Assembly: GCA_963754485.1 (NCBI GenBank)
Contig: CAVWFY010000018.1
Span: forward strand, 77,469 to 141,468
From: an uncultured Chloroflexia bacterium
GTDB lineage: Bacteria; Chloroflexota; Limnocylindria; Limnocylindrales; CSP1-4
Direction of reading: 5' to 3'
DNA length: 64,000 bases
This document shows, piece by piece, positions 19,368-26,572 of this stretch. The position numbers were made by a program, and so were the translations under genes. How positions within the stretch are numbered: the first letter of the stretch is position 1; the number at the start of each line of letters is the position of its first letter. The notes below the pieces were generated by a model. The model saw only the letters and a list, made by a program, of their open reading frames with translations, did no database searches and was not told the origin of the DNA.

Positions 19368-20176
19368 CCGAGCTCCCCGCCTGGGGCGAGCCGTTCGCGG
19401 CCGGGCACCGGGATGCCCTCGAGCGCAGCGGACCGTGGGGTCGAACAGATCGCGCCTGGGCGTTCGGCGATGGGTCCGGCCGTGGGCTGCGGGTCGCCAT
19501 CGTGGATTCGGGCGTGGAGGGTTCGCATCCGGCAGTGGGCGGGCGCCTGGTCGAGTCCGTCGCCGTGGAGCGTCGCGGCGAGGACTGGGCCGTTGTGCCC
19601 TCGGAGCCGAACGACGTGGTGGGCCACGGCACGGCGTGCGCCGGGATCATTCACGACCTGGCGCCGGATGCCGAGCTCGTGTCCGTGCGGGTCCTGGGAC
19701 CGGACAATCGCGGCAATGGGGGGGCCTTCGCGACGGGCCTCCTGTGGGCCATCGAATCGTCGGGGGCGTCGGTGGTCAACCTCTCGCTGTCCTCGCGCAG
19801 CGACGCGCTATTCGGCGCCCTCCACGAGCTCGCGGACGAGGCCTACTTCAGGAACGTCCTGCTGGTCGCCGCGGCGAACAACGTGTCGGTGGCGAGCTAC
19901 CCGTCGCTCTACGCGGCCGTCGTGTCCGTGGCGGCCCACGACGTGCCGGATCCGGCCGCGTGGTTCTATAACCCCGCTCCGCCCGTGGAGTTCGGGGCGT
20001 ACGGACTCAACGTGGATGTCGCGTGGCGCGGCGGGACCCGGATGTCCGTGACTGGCAACAGCTTCGCGGCGCCCCACATCGCCGGTTACGCGGCCCGGAT
20101 TCGGGCGGCGCACCCGGGGATCACTCCGTTCGAGGTGAAGGCGGTGCTTGCCGCCACCGCCGACAACGCGCGATAG
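19364..20176 (+). CDS. S8 (subtilisin-family) serine peptidase with no signal peptide
   Basis: Its GTG overlaps the GAF stop as GTGA. The catalytic triad contexts are VAIVDSG, GHGTACAG and TGNSFAAPHIAG. The N-terminus is not hydrophobic. Confidence 0.85.
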   Translation: MTELPAWGEPFAAGHRDALERSGPWGRTDRAWAFGDGSGRGLRVAIVDSGVEGSHPAVGGRLVESVAVERRGEDWAVVPSEPNDVVGHGTACAGIIHDLAPDAELVSVRVLGPDNRGNGGAFATGLLWAIESSGASVVNLSLSSRSDALFGALHELADEAYFRNVLLVAAANNVSVASYPSLYAAVVSVAAHDVPDPAAWFYNPAPPVEFGAYGLNVDVAWRGGTRMSVTGNSFAAPHIAGYAARIRAAHPGITPFEVKAVLAATADNAR

Positions 20177-20200
20177 GCAGGGGCGCCACCCGGAATCGAA

Positions 20201-20227
20201 AGGGCCGGCCCCCCGAGGACCGGCCCT
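20201..20227. terminator. bidirectional stem-loop between convergent genes
   Basis: AGGGCCGG...CCGGCCCT forms an 8-bp stem plus 2 inner pairs. It lies between the S8 stop (20176) and the repeat-protein stop (20249). Confidence 0.55.
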
Positions 20228-20248
20228 GTGAGTGGCGGACGACCTGGC

Positions 20249-20656
20249 TCAGCGATCCCCGTTGGGGTTGTCGCCGGGGCCGCGCTGGATCACTTCGCCC
20301 TGCGTGGTGGGGCCGCCCCGGTAGAGGCCCTCGGGGCCGGCCTCGTCGTCGATCGCCTTGGCGGTCTTCGCCCGGTGGCCCTCGACGTCGTTCTCGTCGT
20401 CCGAGAAGGAGACCATGCGCTTCTGGCCCTCGGGGCCGGCCTCGTCGTCGATCGCCTTGGCGGTCTTCGCCCGGTGGCCCTCGACGTCGTTCTCGTCGTC
20501 CGAGAAGGAGACCATGCGCTTCTGGCCCTCGGGGCCGGCCTCGTCGTCGATCGCCTTGGCGGTCTTCGCCCGGTGGCCCTCGACGTCCGCGCCGTCGTCC
20601 GCGTACTTGCCGACCTTCCGCTGGCCCTCCGGGCCGGTCTCGTCGTTCTTGCTCAT
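20249..20656 (-). CDS. 135-aa acidic repeat protein (33-aa DVEGHRAKTAKAIDDEAGPEGQKRMVSFSDDEN units)
   Basis: ATG 20656 follows GGGAGG by 7 nt. The sequence is MSKNDETGPEGQRKVGKYADDGADVEGHRAKTAK... with about 3.3 repeat units. The longer track ORF to 20836 is only an upstream extension. Confidence 0.7.
   Translation of the reverse strand: MSKNDETGPEGQRKVGKYADDGADVEGHRAKTAKAIDDEAGPEGQKRMVSFSDDENDVEGHRAKTAKAIDDEAGPEGQKRMVSFSDDENDVEGHRAKTAKAIDDEAGPEGLYRGGPTTQGEVIQRGPGDNPNGDR
20326..20650 (-). repeat. 99-bp in-frame tandem repeat, about 3.3 copies
   Basis: Copies at 20326-20424 and 20425-20523 are identical at every base. The third copy is identical for 64 nt (20524-20587) and then diverges. Confidence 0.95.
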
Positions 20657-20756
20657 CACTGGCCTCCCACCGTGGCTGCCCGTTCGGGCATGTCGTCCTT
20701 GGCGTGCTCCGGACTCTACGGTTCGCGTCCCAACCCCCGTGATGCGCGGGTTCACA

Positions 20757-20786
20757 GGCAGGGTGTCACCTCGCCGACACCCTGCC
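20757..20786 (-). terminator. 11-bp perfect stem-loop spanning the ogt stop codon
   Basis: GGCAGGGTGTC-(8 nt)-GACACCCTGCC. There is no U-tract, as is common for high-GC actinobacterial hairpin terminators. Confidence 0.5.
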
Positions 20787-21320
20787 GCGAGCGATGTGGA
20801 CGCCCTCGAGTGCGAGCAGCGCCTGCTTGAGGTCAAGAGCCGCCTCGCGACCGCCCCAGGCCGCGGCTCCGTACCCGCCCAGCTTCCCGTCGCCGGCGAT
20901 CACCCGGTGGCAGGGGATCAGCAGCCCGACGGGGTTGCGGCCCACCGCGCCACCCACGGCCCGGGCCGCGCCAGGCCGGCCGATCCGCCTGGCCACCTCG
21001 CCGTACCCGGCCGTCTGCCCGCGAGGGATCGCCCGCACCGCCTCGAGGACCAGGCGGTCCCAGGCCGGCCGGTCCGCGATGTCAACGGGGAGACCGTCGA
21101 GCGGCACTGCCAGCCCTTCGAGGGCCTCGGCAACCGCCCGTGTCGCCCGGTCGGCCAGCCTGGATGCACCCTCGCCGGCCCGCCCCGCGTCCACCACGAC
21201 GCCCCGCCGCCCGAGCCCGGCCCAGAACCCCTCGGCCGACGACAGAAGCTCCACCGCCGTCACCCCTCGGCTCGTCGCGGCGATCCGGGCCGGACCCCAC
21301 GGTGAGGACGTCTCCCGCAC
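20766..21320 (-). CDS. ogt: methylated-DNA-protein-cysteine methyltransferase
   Basis: It has the active-site IPCHRVI preceded by GQTAGYGEVARRIGRPGAARAVGGAVGRNP. The start is taken as GTG 21320 (VRETSSPWGPARIAA...). Confidence 0.85.
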   Translation of the reverse strand: MRETSSPWGPARIAATSRGVTAVELLSSAEGFWAGLGRRGVVVDAGRAGEGASRLADRATRAVAEALEGLAVPLDGLPVDIADRPAWDRLVLEAVRAIPRGQTAGYGEVARRIGRPGAARAVGGAVGRNPVGLLIPCHRVIAGDGKLGGYGAAAWGGREAALDLKQALLALEGVHIARGRVSAR

Positions 21321-21620
21321 GCACGCGAATGCATAGAACGTATTCACGCTGCAATAGTTGCATAGACCGTGACATATCGGCATACTGCGCGGGCCATGTC
21401 GCATCAGTCGTTCGTCACCTTCGACGCCAGGAAGAAGCCTTGGCGGCCCAGCCGGGAGGCTCGGGCCCAGGGGCTCTGACGACGCGCGAGCGACGAACCA
21501 GGGAGCCTCCGGGACCGGAGGCGCCGAAGGGGCCGCGATCACCAGGAACGGTGACGCGGCCTTCGTGATTCGACGGACCTCCGGAACCGCACTCCCATCC
21601 GCGGAAAGGACGTCCGAACC
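21321..21620 (+). promoter_or_regulatory. 300-nt ogt/dapB divergent region with a GC-rich structured dapB leader
   Basis: A lower-GC patch lies at 21330-21400. A perfect hairpin GCCTCCGG-GAC-CCGGAGGC (21505-21523) is followed directly by GCCGAAGGGG. The SD GAAAGGA lies at 21604-21610. Confidence 0.35.
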
Positions 21621-22370
21621 ATGCATCTCCTCATCTACGGACCCGGTCGCCTCGGATGCGCGATCGCGCACGCCGCAGCCGACGAGGACTGGACCTCCAC
21701 GCTGATCGGCCGCCCCGATCCGGGTGACCGGCGCGCCGGCGCTCCGCGCGCAGACGTCGTGGTGGAGGCCTCGGCCGGCATGGCGGTCGCCGCCAACCTC
21801 TGGCACGCCCTGGAGTCCGGCAATCGCCGGTTCATCATCGCGGCCAGCGCCTGGGACGCCGAGGCCGCCCCAATCCGCTCCATGCTGCTCGAGCACGGCG
21901 CTGCCGCAGTCGTCGCGCCCAACCTTGCGCTCGGGGCGGCGCTGTTCCTGCGCCTGGCCGAGCAGGCCGCCGCCATGTACGCGCGCGCCGGTTTCGAGCC
22001 GTCGATCGTGGAGTGGCACCGCCGCGGCAAGGCGGACCGTCCATCCGGCACGGCGCGCCATATCGCCCGCCGGATCACAGCCGTCGATCACCGCTGGGCC
22101 GGGCCTGACGAGCATGACGACGATCGCCCCGCCCTCGAGGTGGTCGGCATCCGCGCCGGCGTGGCACCCGGCACCCATCTCGTGACCTTCGACGGTCCGG
22201 GCGAGTCCGTGGAGCTGCGGCTCACCGCACGGGATCGGACCGCGTATGCCGATGGAGCCCTCGCGGCCGCACGCTGGCTTGTCGAGGAGACCCGCGGCCC
22301 CGGCCTCCACCCGTTCGATGCCGTCGTGGACGACCTTCTCGCGGCCTCGCCGACGACCGTACTCGCCTGA
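21621..22370 (+). CDS. dapB: 4-hydroxy-tetrahydrodipicolinate reductase
   Basis: VVAPNLALGA...IVEWHRRGKADRPSGTA... is the DapB signature region. Confidence 0.9.
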   Translation: MHLLIYGPGRLGCAIAHAAADEDWTSTLIGRPDPGDRRAGAPRADVVVEASAGMAVAANLWHALESGNRRFIIAASAWDAEAAPIRSMLLEHGAAAVVAPNLALGAALFLRLAEQAAAMYARAGFEPSIVEWHRRGKADRPSGTARHIARRITAVDHRWAGPDEHDDDRPALEVVGIRAGVAPGTHLVTFDGPGESVELRLTARDRTAYADGALAAARWLVEETRGPGLHPFDAVVDDLLAASPTTVLA

Positions 22371-22401
22371 CCCAACCACACGACAGCCGAGGAGTCCTCA
22401 G

Positions 22402-23358
22402 ATGACCCGCACCCCTGCGCTCCGTGGCGCCTTCACCGCGCTCGTCACCCCGTTCACCGCCGACGGCACGTTCGACGAGGCCGCCTACCGCCGCCTCGTC
22501 ACGTGGCAGATCATGGCCGGCATCGACGGCCTCGTCCCGGTCGGCACCACCGGGGAGTCGCCCACGCTCACCGTCGCGGAACGCGACCGGTGCATCGAGA
22601 TCGCCGTGGAGACCGTCGCCGCACGTCCCGGCGGGCGCCTCGTCCCGGTCATCGCCGGCACCGGCTCGAACGACACCCGGGCGTCCATCGAAGCCACCCG
22701 TCGCGCAGCCGCACTGGGCGCCGATGCCGCGCTGATCGTCACGCCCTACTACAACAAGCCCGACCAGCGGATGCTCGACGCCCACTTCCGGGCGATCGCG
22801 GACGAGGGCGGCCTGCCCATCGTCGTCTACAACGTCCCAGGCCGGACCGGCGCCAACGTGGAGGCCGACACGTTCCTGCGCCTGGCCGAACACCCGCGCG
22901 TGATCGCTGTCAAGGAGGCCAGCGCCAACATCGAGCAGATCGCCGTGATCTGCCGCGACCGCCCCCGCGATGTGGCGGTGCTCTCGGGTGACGACGCCGC
23001 GACGATGGCGGTCCTGGCGATGGGCGGTGATGGCGTGATCTCCGTGGCCAGCAACCAGATCCCGGGCGAGGTAGCGGCGCTCGTGGCCGCGTGGCACGCC
23101 GGCGACTGGGTCGAAGCCCGCCGCCTGCACGACCGGTACCTGCCCCTGTTCCGGGCGAACTTCCAGGGCGCCCCGAACCCGGTGCCGGCGAAGGCCGCGA
23201 TGCTGGCGATGGGCCTCCTGGACGACGACACGCTGCGTGCGCCGCTGCTGCCGCTGGCCCAGGCGCCGAGGGAGCGGCTGATCGGGCTGCTCCGCGGGCT
23301 CGGCCTCGTGGAGGGAGGCGGGCGCCAGGGACTCCTCGCCGGGGAGGTGGCGGCATGA
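22402..23358 (+). CDS. dapA: 4-hydroxy-tetrahydrodipicolinate synthase
   Basis: ATG 22402 follows GAGGAG. The protein reads FTALVTPF...GLVPVGTTGESPTL...VIAGTGSNDT...TPYYNKP...VYNVPGRTG...AVKEAS. Confidence 0.92.
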   Translation: MTRTPALRGAFTALVTPFTADGTFDEAAYRRLVTWQIMAGIDGLVPVGTTGESPTLTVAERDRCIEIAVETVAARPGGRLVPVIAGTGSNDTRASIEATRRAAALGADAALIVTPYYNKPDQRMLDAHFRAIADEGGLPIVVYNVPGRTGANVEADTFLRLAEHPRVIAVKEASANIEQIAVICRDRPRDVAVLSGDDAATMAVLAMGGDGVISVASNQIPGEVAALVAAWHAGDWVEARRLHDRYLPLFRANFQGAPNPVPAKAAMLAMGLLDDDTLRAPLLPLAQAPRERLIGLLRGLGLVEGGGRQGLLAGEVAA

Positions 23359-24155
23359 CGGCCGTCGAGACGTCGGCCGTGGCGTCCGGCCTCGGGGCGA
23401 CCATCCTCGCCGACCTCGACGCGGGCCGTCGCCGGGCGGCTGTCCCCGACCCGACGGCCGCAGGCGGATGGCGCGTGGACTCCGAGGTCAAGGCCGCCAT
23501 CCTCGACTGCTTCCGGGAGCGGGCGACGGTCGAGTGGGACCTGGGTGGCGCCCTGCGGTTCCGGGACCGCATGGGGCTTCCGGTCAAGGACCTGCTCGCC
23601 GGTCCGTGGCGGGTGGTCCCGGGTGGGACCTCGGTCCGGGCCGGCGTGTGCCTGGGTTCGGGGGTCGTGATCATGCCGCCCTCGTTCATCAACGTTGGCG
23701 CGTGGATCGGTGACGACACGATGGTGGACAGCCATGTGCTCGTGGGCTCCTGCGCCCAGATCGGCGCGCGGGTCCACCTCTCGGCCGGGGTATCCATCGG
23801 CGGGGTCCTTGAGCCGGCCGGCGCGCGGCCGGTCATCGTGGAGGACGGGACGTTCGTGGGGGCCGGATCGTCGCTGCTCGAGGGCGTGCTGGTGGGGGAG
23901 GGCGCGGTCATCGGGGCGGGCGTGATCCTGACCGGGACCTCCCGGCTCTACGATCTCGTGCGTGGGCGAGTGCTGACCGGCACGCCGGAGGCGCCGCTCG
24001 CCGTGCCGCCGGCGTCCGTGGTGGTGCCCGGGGCGCGTACCCTCGGCGGGGAGTTTGCCGCGACCAACGGCCTGTCCGTCTCGGTCGCGCTCCTGGTCAA
24101 GGATCGCGACGCCGGGACCGACGCCCGGGTCGCCCTCGAGGACGCGCTTCGATGA
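23355..24155 (+). CDS. dapD: tetrahydrodipicolinate N-succinyltransferase (hexapeptide-repeat)
   Basis: It overlaps dapA as ATGA. The left-handed beta-helix repeats read INVGAWIGDDTMVDSHVLVGSCAQIGARVHLSAGVSIGGVLEP...VEDGTFVGAGS. Confidence 0.85.
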   Translation: MTAVETSAVASGLGATILADLDAGRRRAAVPDPTAAGGWRVDSEVKAAILDCFRERATVEWDLGGALRFRDRMGLPVKDLLAGPWRVVPGGTSVRAGVCLGSGVVIMPPSFINVGAWIGDDTMVDSHVLVGSCAQIGARVHLSAGVSIGGVLEPAGARPVIVEDGTFVGAGSSLLEGVLVGEGAVIGAGVILTGTSRLYDLVRGRVLTGTPEAPLAVPPASVVVPGARTLGGEFAATNGLSVSVALLVKDRDAGTDARVALEDALR

Positions 24156-25453
24156 ACGAGGTCCTGCGCGACGGCCGGCTCGGCGGGCACGACCCGGCCG
24201 CCCTGGCCGAGCGCTTCGGGACGCCGTTCTACGCCTACGACCTGGACGTCGTCACGCGGCAGGTCGACGCGCTCAGGTCCGTCCTGCCGGTGGCCTTCGA
24301 CCTCGCCTACGCGGTCAAGGCGAATCCCAACCTCGCCGTGCTTCGACACGTGCGGGGCCTTGGGCTGGGGGCCGACGTGGCGTCGGGGGGCGAGCTGCGG
24401 CACGTCCTCCGCGCCGGGTTCGCTCCCGGGCGCATCGTGTTCACCGGCCCCGGCAAGCGGGACGAGGAGCTGGCGGCCGCGGTCGAGGCCGGCGTGCGGG
24501 TCGTCACCGTGGAATCGCGGGGTGAGCTGCGGCGCCTGGAGCGGATCGCGGAGGGCCTGGGCCGATGCCAGCCGATCCTGCTGCGGGCCGCCGTCACGGA
24601 ACCGGCCGCCCCCGGGTGGGACACTCTCCGCGGCGTCGACATCACCGGCAAGTTCGGGATGGACGGCGCGGACCTGCGGACGGCCGCGGCCGAGGCGGTC
24701 GCGTCACCCTGGCTCGAGCCGCTCGGGCTGCACGCCTTCGGGGCGTCGAACGTGACCGACGCCGCGGTCCTGGTTGCCCACGCCGAGGCGACGATCGATG
24801 CGGCGGCGGGACTTGCGGCAACGGCGGGCTTCGAGCTGCGGCTGGTCGACGTCGGCGGGGGGCTGGGGATCCCGTACGGGGACGACGATCCGCCCCTCGA
24901 CCTGCCACAGCTCGGCGAGGGGCTCGCGGCGATCGCCACTCGACTCGCAGCCCACCCGGCCACCCGCCGCACCCGCGTCCTTCTCGAGCCCGGCCGGTTC
25001 CTCGTGGGTGCGTGCGGCGCCTACGTCGCCAGGGTGGTGGACCGCAAGGAGATCGACGGCCGCCCCGTGGCGATCCTCGACGGGGGCATCCATCACGTCC
25101 TGAGGCCCGTCCTGGTTGGTAGGGAGCAGCGCATCGCGGTCCTCACCGGACCGGCCGCCGGCAGCCGCACGGAGGCATCGGGCGCCGAACCCCCGGTCAT
25201 GGTCGCGGGCCCGCTGTGCACCGGGCTCGACGTGTTCGCCCGGGGGGCCGCCATCACCCCGCCCGACCCCGGCGACCTCATGGCCGTCCTCGACGTCGGT
25301 GCCTACGGCGCATCGGAGTCGATGCCGTTCTTCCTGTCGCACCCACTCCCGCCGGAGATCGCCCTGCGTGGCGGCGAGGCCTGGCTGGCGCGCCCGCGCA
25401 TCGATCCTGACACATGGCTCGAGTGGCAGGTGGGGGAGCCGCAGGGGGCATAA
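24152..25453 (+). CDS. lysA: diaminopimelate decarboxylase
   Basis: It overlaps dapD as ATGA. It has a fold-III PLP decarboxylase layout (YAVKANPN..., DVGGGLGIPY, EPGRFLVG, GPLCTGLDV). Confidence 0.88.
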   Translation: MNEVLRDGRLGGHDPAALAERFGTPFYAYDLDVVTRQVDALRSVLPVAFDLAYAVKANPNLAVLRHVRGLGLGADVASGGELRHVLRAGFAPGRIVFTGPGKRDEELAAAVEAGVRVVTVESRGELRRLERIAEGLGRCQPILLRAAVTEPAAPGWDTLRGVDITGKFGMDGADLRTAAAEAVASPWLEPLGLHAFGASNVTDAAVLVAHAEATIDAAAGLAATAGFELRLVDVGGGLGIPYGDDDPPLDLPQLGEGLAAIATRLAAHPATRRTRVLLEPGRFLVGACGAYVARVVDRKEIDGRPVAILDGGIHHVLRPVLVGREQRIAVLTGPAAGSRTEASGAEPPVMVAGPLCTGLDVFARGAAITPPDPGDLMAVLDVGAYGASESMPFFLSHPLPPEIALRGGEAWLARPRIDPDTWLEWQVGEPQGA

Positions 25454-25537
25454 TCACGCGCAGGCCCCCGGGGGCTTCCCCGTGGGCGCTTGACCCGGAC
25501 GGCCCGGTCTCCTGGTAGCACCGAAGGGCGAGGGTCG

Positions 25538-26476
25538 ATGAACCGCCGCTACGCGATGCGACTCCGCAGGCCGCGGTTTCGGGGCATCCGGACGCCCGTG
25601 GATCTGACCCAGCACAGCGTTCGGCGGCTGGTACTCCTCGGCGTCGCGGCGGTGGTGCTCCTGGCTCCGATGTGGGCCTGGACCACCCAGACCGCCCTTG
25701 GTCAGCGGGTCGGCGATCTGATCCTCTTCGGCCGCCCGTATGCGAATCCAGCCGCGGTGGGCCTCGCGGGCGGGACGCTGGCGTCGATCAGCCTTCCCGC
25801 GGCAGCGTTGGCCAGCGTCGGGATTGCCGGTCTGGGTCTGGTCCGGGGCGGTTTCGGGCTCGCCATCGCTGTCGCGACCGTCATCATCGGTTCCAACGTC
25901 ACGTCGCAGGTCCTCAAGATCCTGCTCGAGCGACCCAACCTGCTGGGCACCGCGGCCTACGCGACCGGCAACAGCTTCCCGAGCGGGCACGTCACGCTCG
26001 CCGCCTCGCTGGGGCTGGCCTGCATCCTCGTGGTCCCGCGCCAGTTCAGGACGCCCACCGCTCTCGTCGTTGCAGGCCTGGTGGCCGCCGTCGGCATGAG
26101 CACGATCACGGCCGGGTGGCATCGCCTGGGCGATGTCGTCGGGGCGGTCCTGATCGCTCTCGCCTGGGCGTCCATCGCCACGGCGGTCCTGGTTCGAGCC
26201 CAGGGCTGGATGCCTCGCCGTACGTGGGGTCGCGGGCGTGGTGGCACGGTCGTGATGGTCGCCTGGCTGCTGGGTGGTGCGGCGGTGCTTGCCGGGATCG
26301 CAGGGTTGACCCTCTCCGCCATCGACCCGACCCCGATCAGGGAGGCCATTGCCGCGAGCGCCACCGAGCCGCGGAGGTTCTTCGACGCAATGGTCGTGTC
26401 ACTGGGGTCGGTCCTGATCGCGTGCTTTGCGTTTGTGTGGGCGATGCGGGGGGTCGCCCTAGAGAGCCCAGGCTGA
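25538..26476 (+). CDS. PAP2-family membrane phosphatase
   Basis: It has multiple TM helices plus PAP2 motifs (FPSGH and GWHRLGDVVG). Confidence 0.7.
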   Translation: MNRRYAMRLRRPRFRGIRTPVDLTQHSVRRLVLLGVAAVVLLAPMWAWTTQTALGQRVGDLILFGRPYANPAAVGLAGGTLASISLPAAALASVGIAGLGLVRGGFGLAIAVATVIIGSNVTSQVLKILLERPNLLGTAAYATGNSFPSGHVTLAASLGLACILVVPRQFRTPTALVVAGLVAAVGMSTITAGWHRLGDVVGAVLIALAWASIATAVLVRAQGWMPRRTWGRGRGGTVVMVAWLLGGAAVLAGIAGLTLSAIDPTPIREAIAASATEPRRFFDAMVVSLGSVLIACFAFVWAMRGVALESPG

Positions 26477-26553
26477 GGCTGCTCGCCGGCGCGGCCCAGC
26501 GATGTTTGACAGAATCTTGAGGTCGCACCGCTGGACCATGGCGGGCGTGGCGC

Positions 26554-26572
26554 TATACTCCCCCCTAGTATG
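26554..26572 (+). promoter_or_regulatory. copA -10 box (TATACT) within an ATACT-N7-AGTAT inverted repeat that abuts the start codon
   Basis: TATACT lies at 26554-26559 and the ATG at 26570, so the transcript would be leaderless or nearly so. The inverted repeat spans 26555-26571. Confidence 0.4.

Noticed and set aside
21500-21560. Glycine riboswitch call, based on GGGAG-hairpin-GCCGAAGGGGC
   Set aside because: The downstream conserved CUCAGGC...GGAC element and the closing P1 helix are not present in the right arrangement. The genomic context is lysine genes, not glycine cleavage. It is kept only as an unassigned structured leader.
20766-22379. 537-aa minus-strand ORF extending the ogt gene upstream
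   Set aside because: Only the last 184 aa are MGMT-like. The remainder is antisense to dapB and crosses the low-GC intergenic patch.
26506-26559. Perfect TTGACA (26506-26511) as the -35 box for the copA TATACT
   Set aside because: The spacer would be 42 nt, far outside the 16-19 nt range. The hexamer probably occurs by chance or serves something else.
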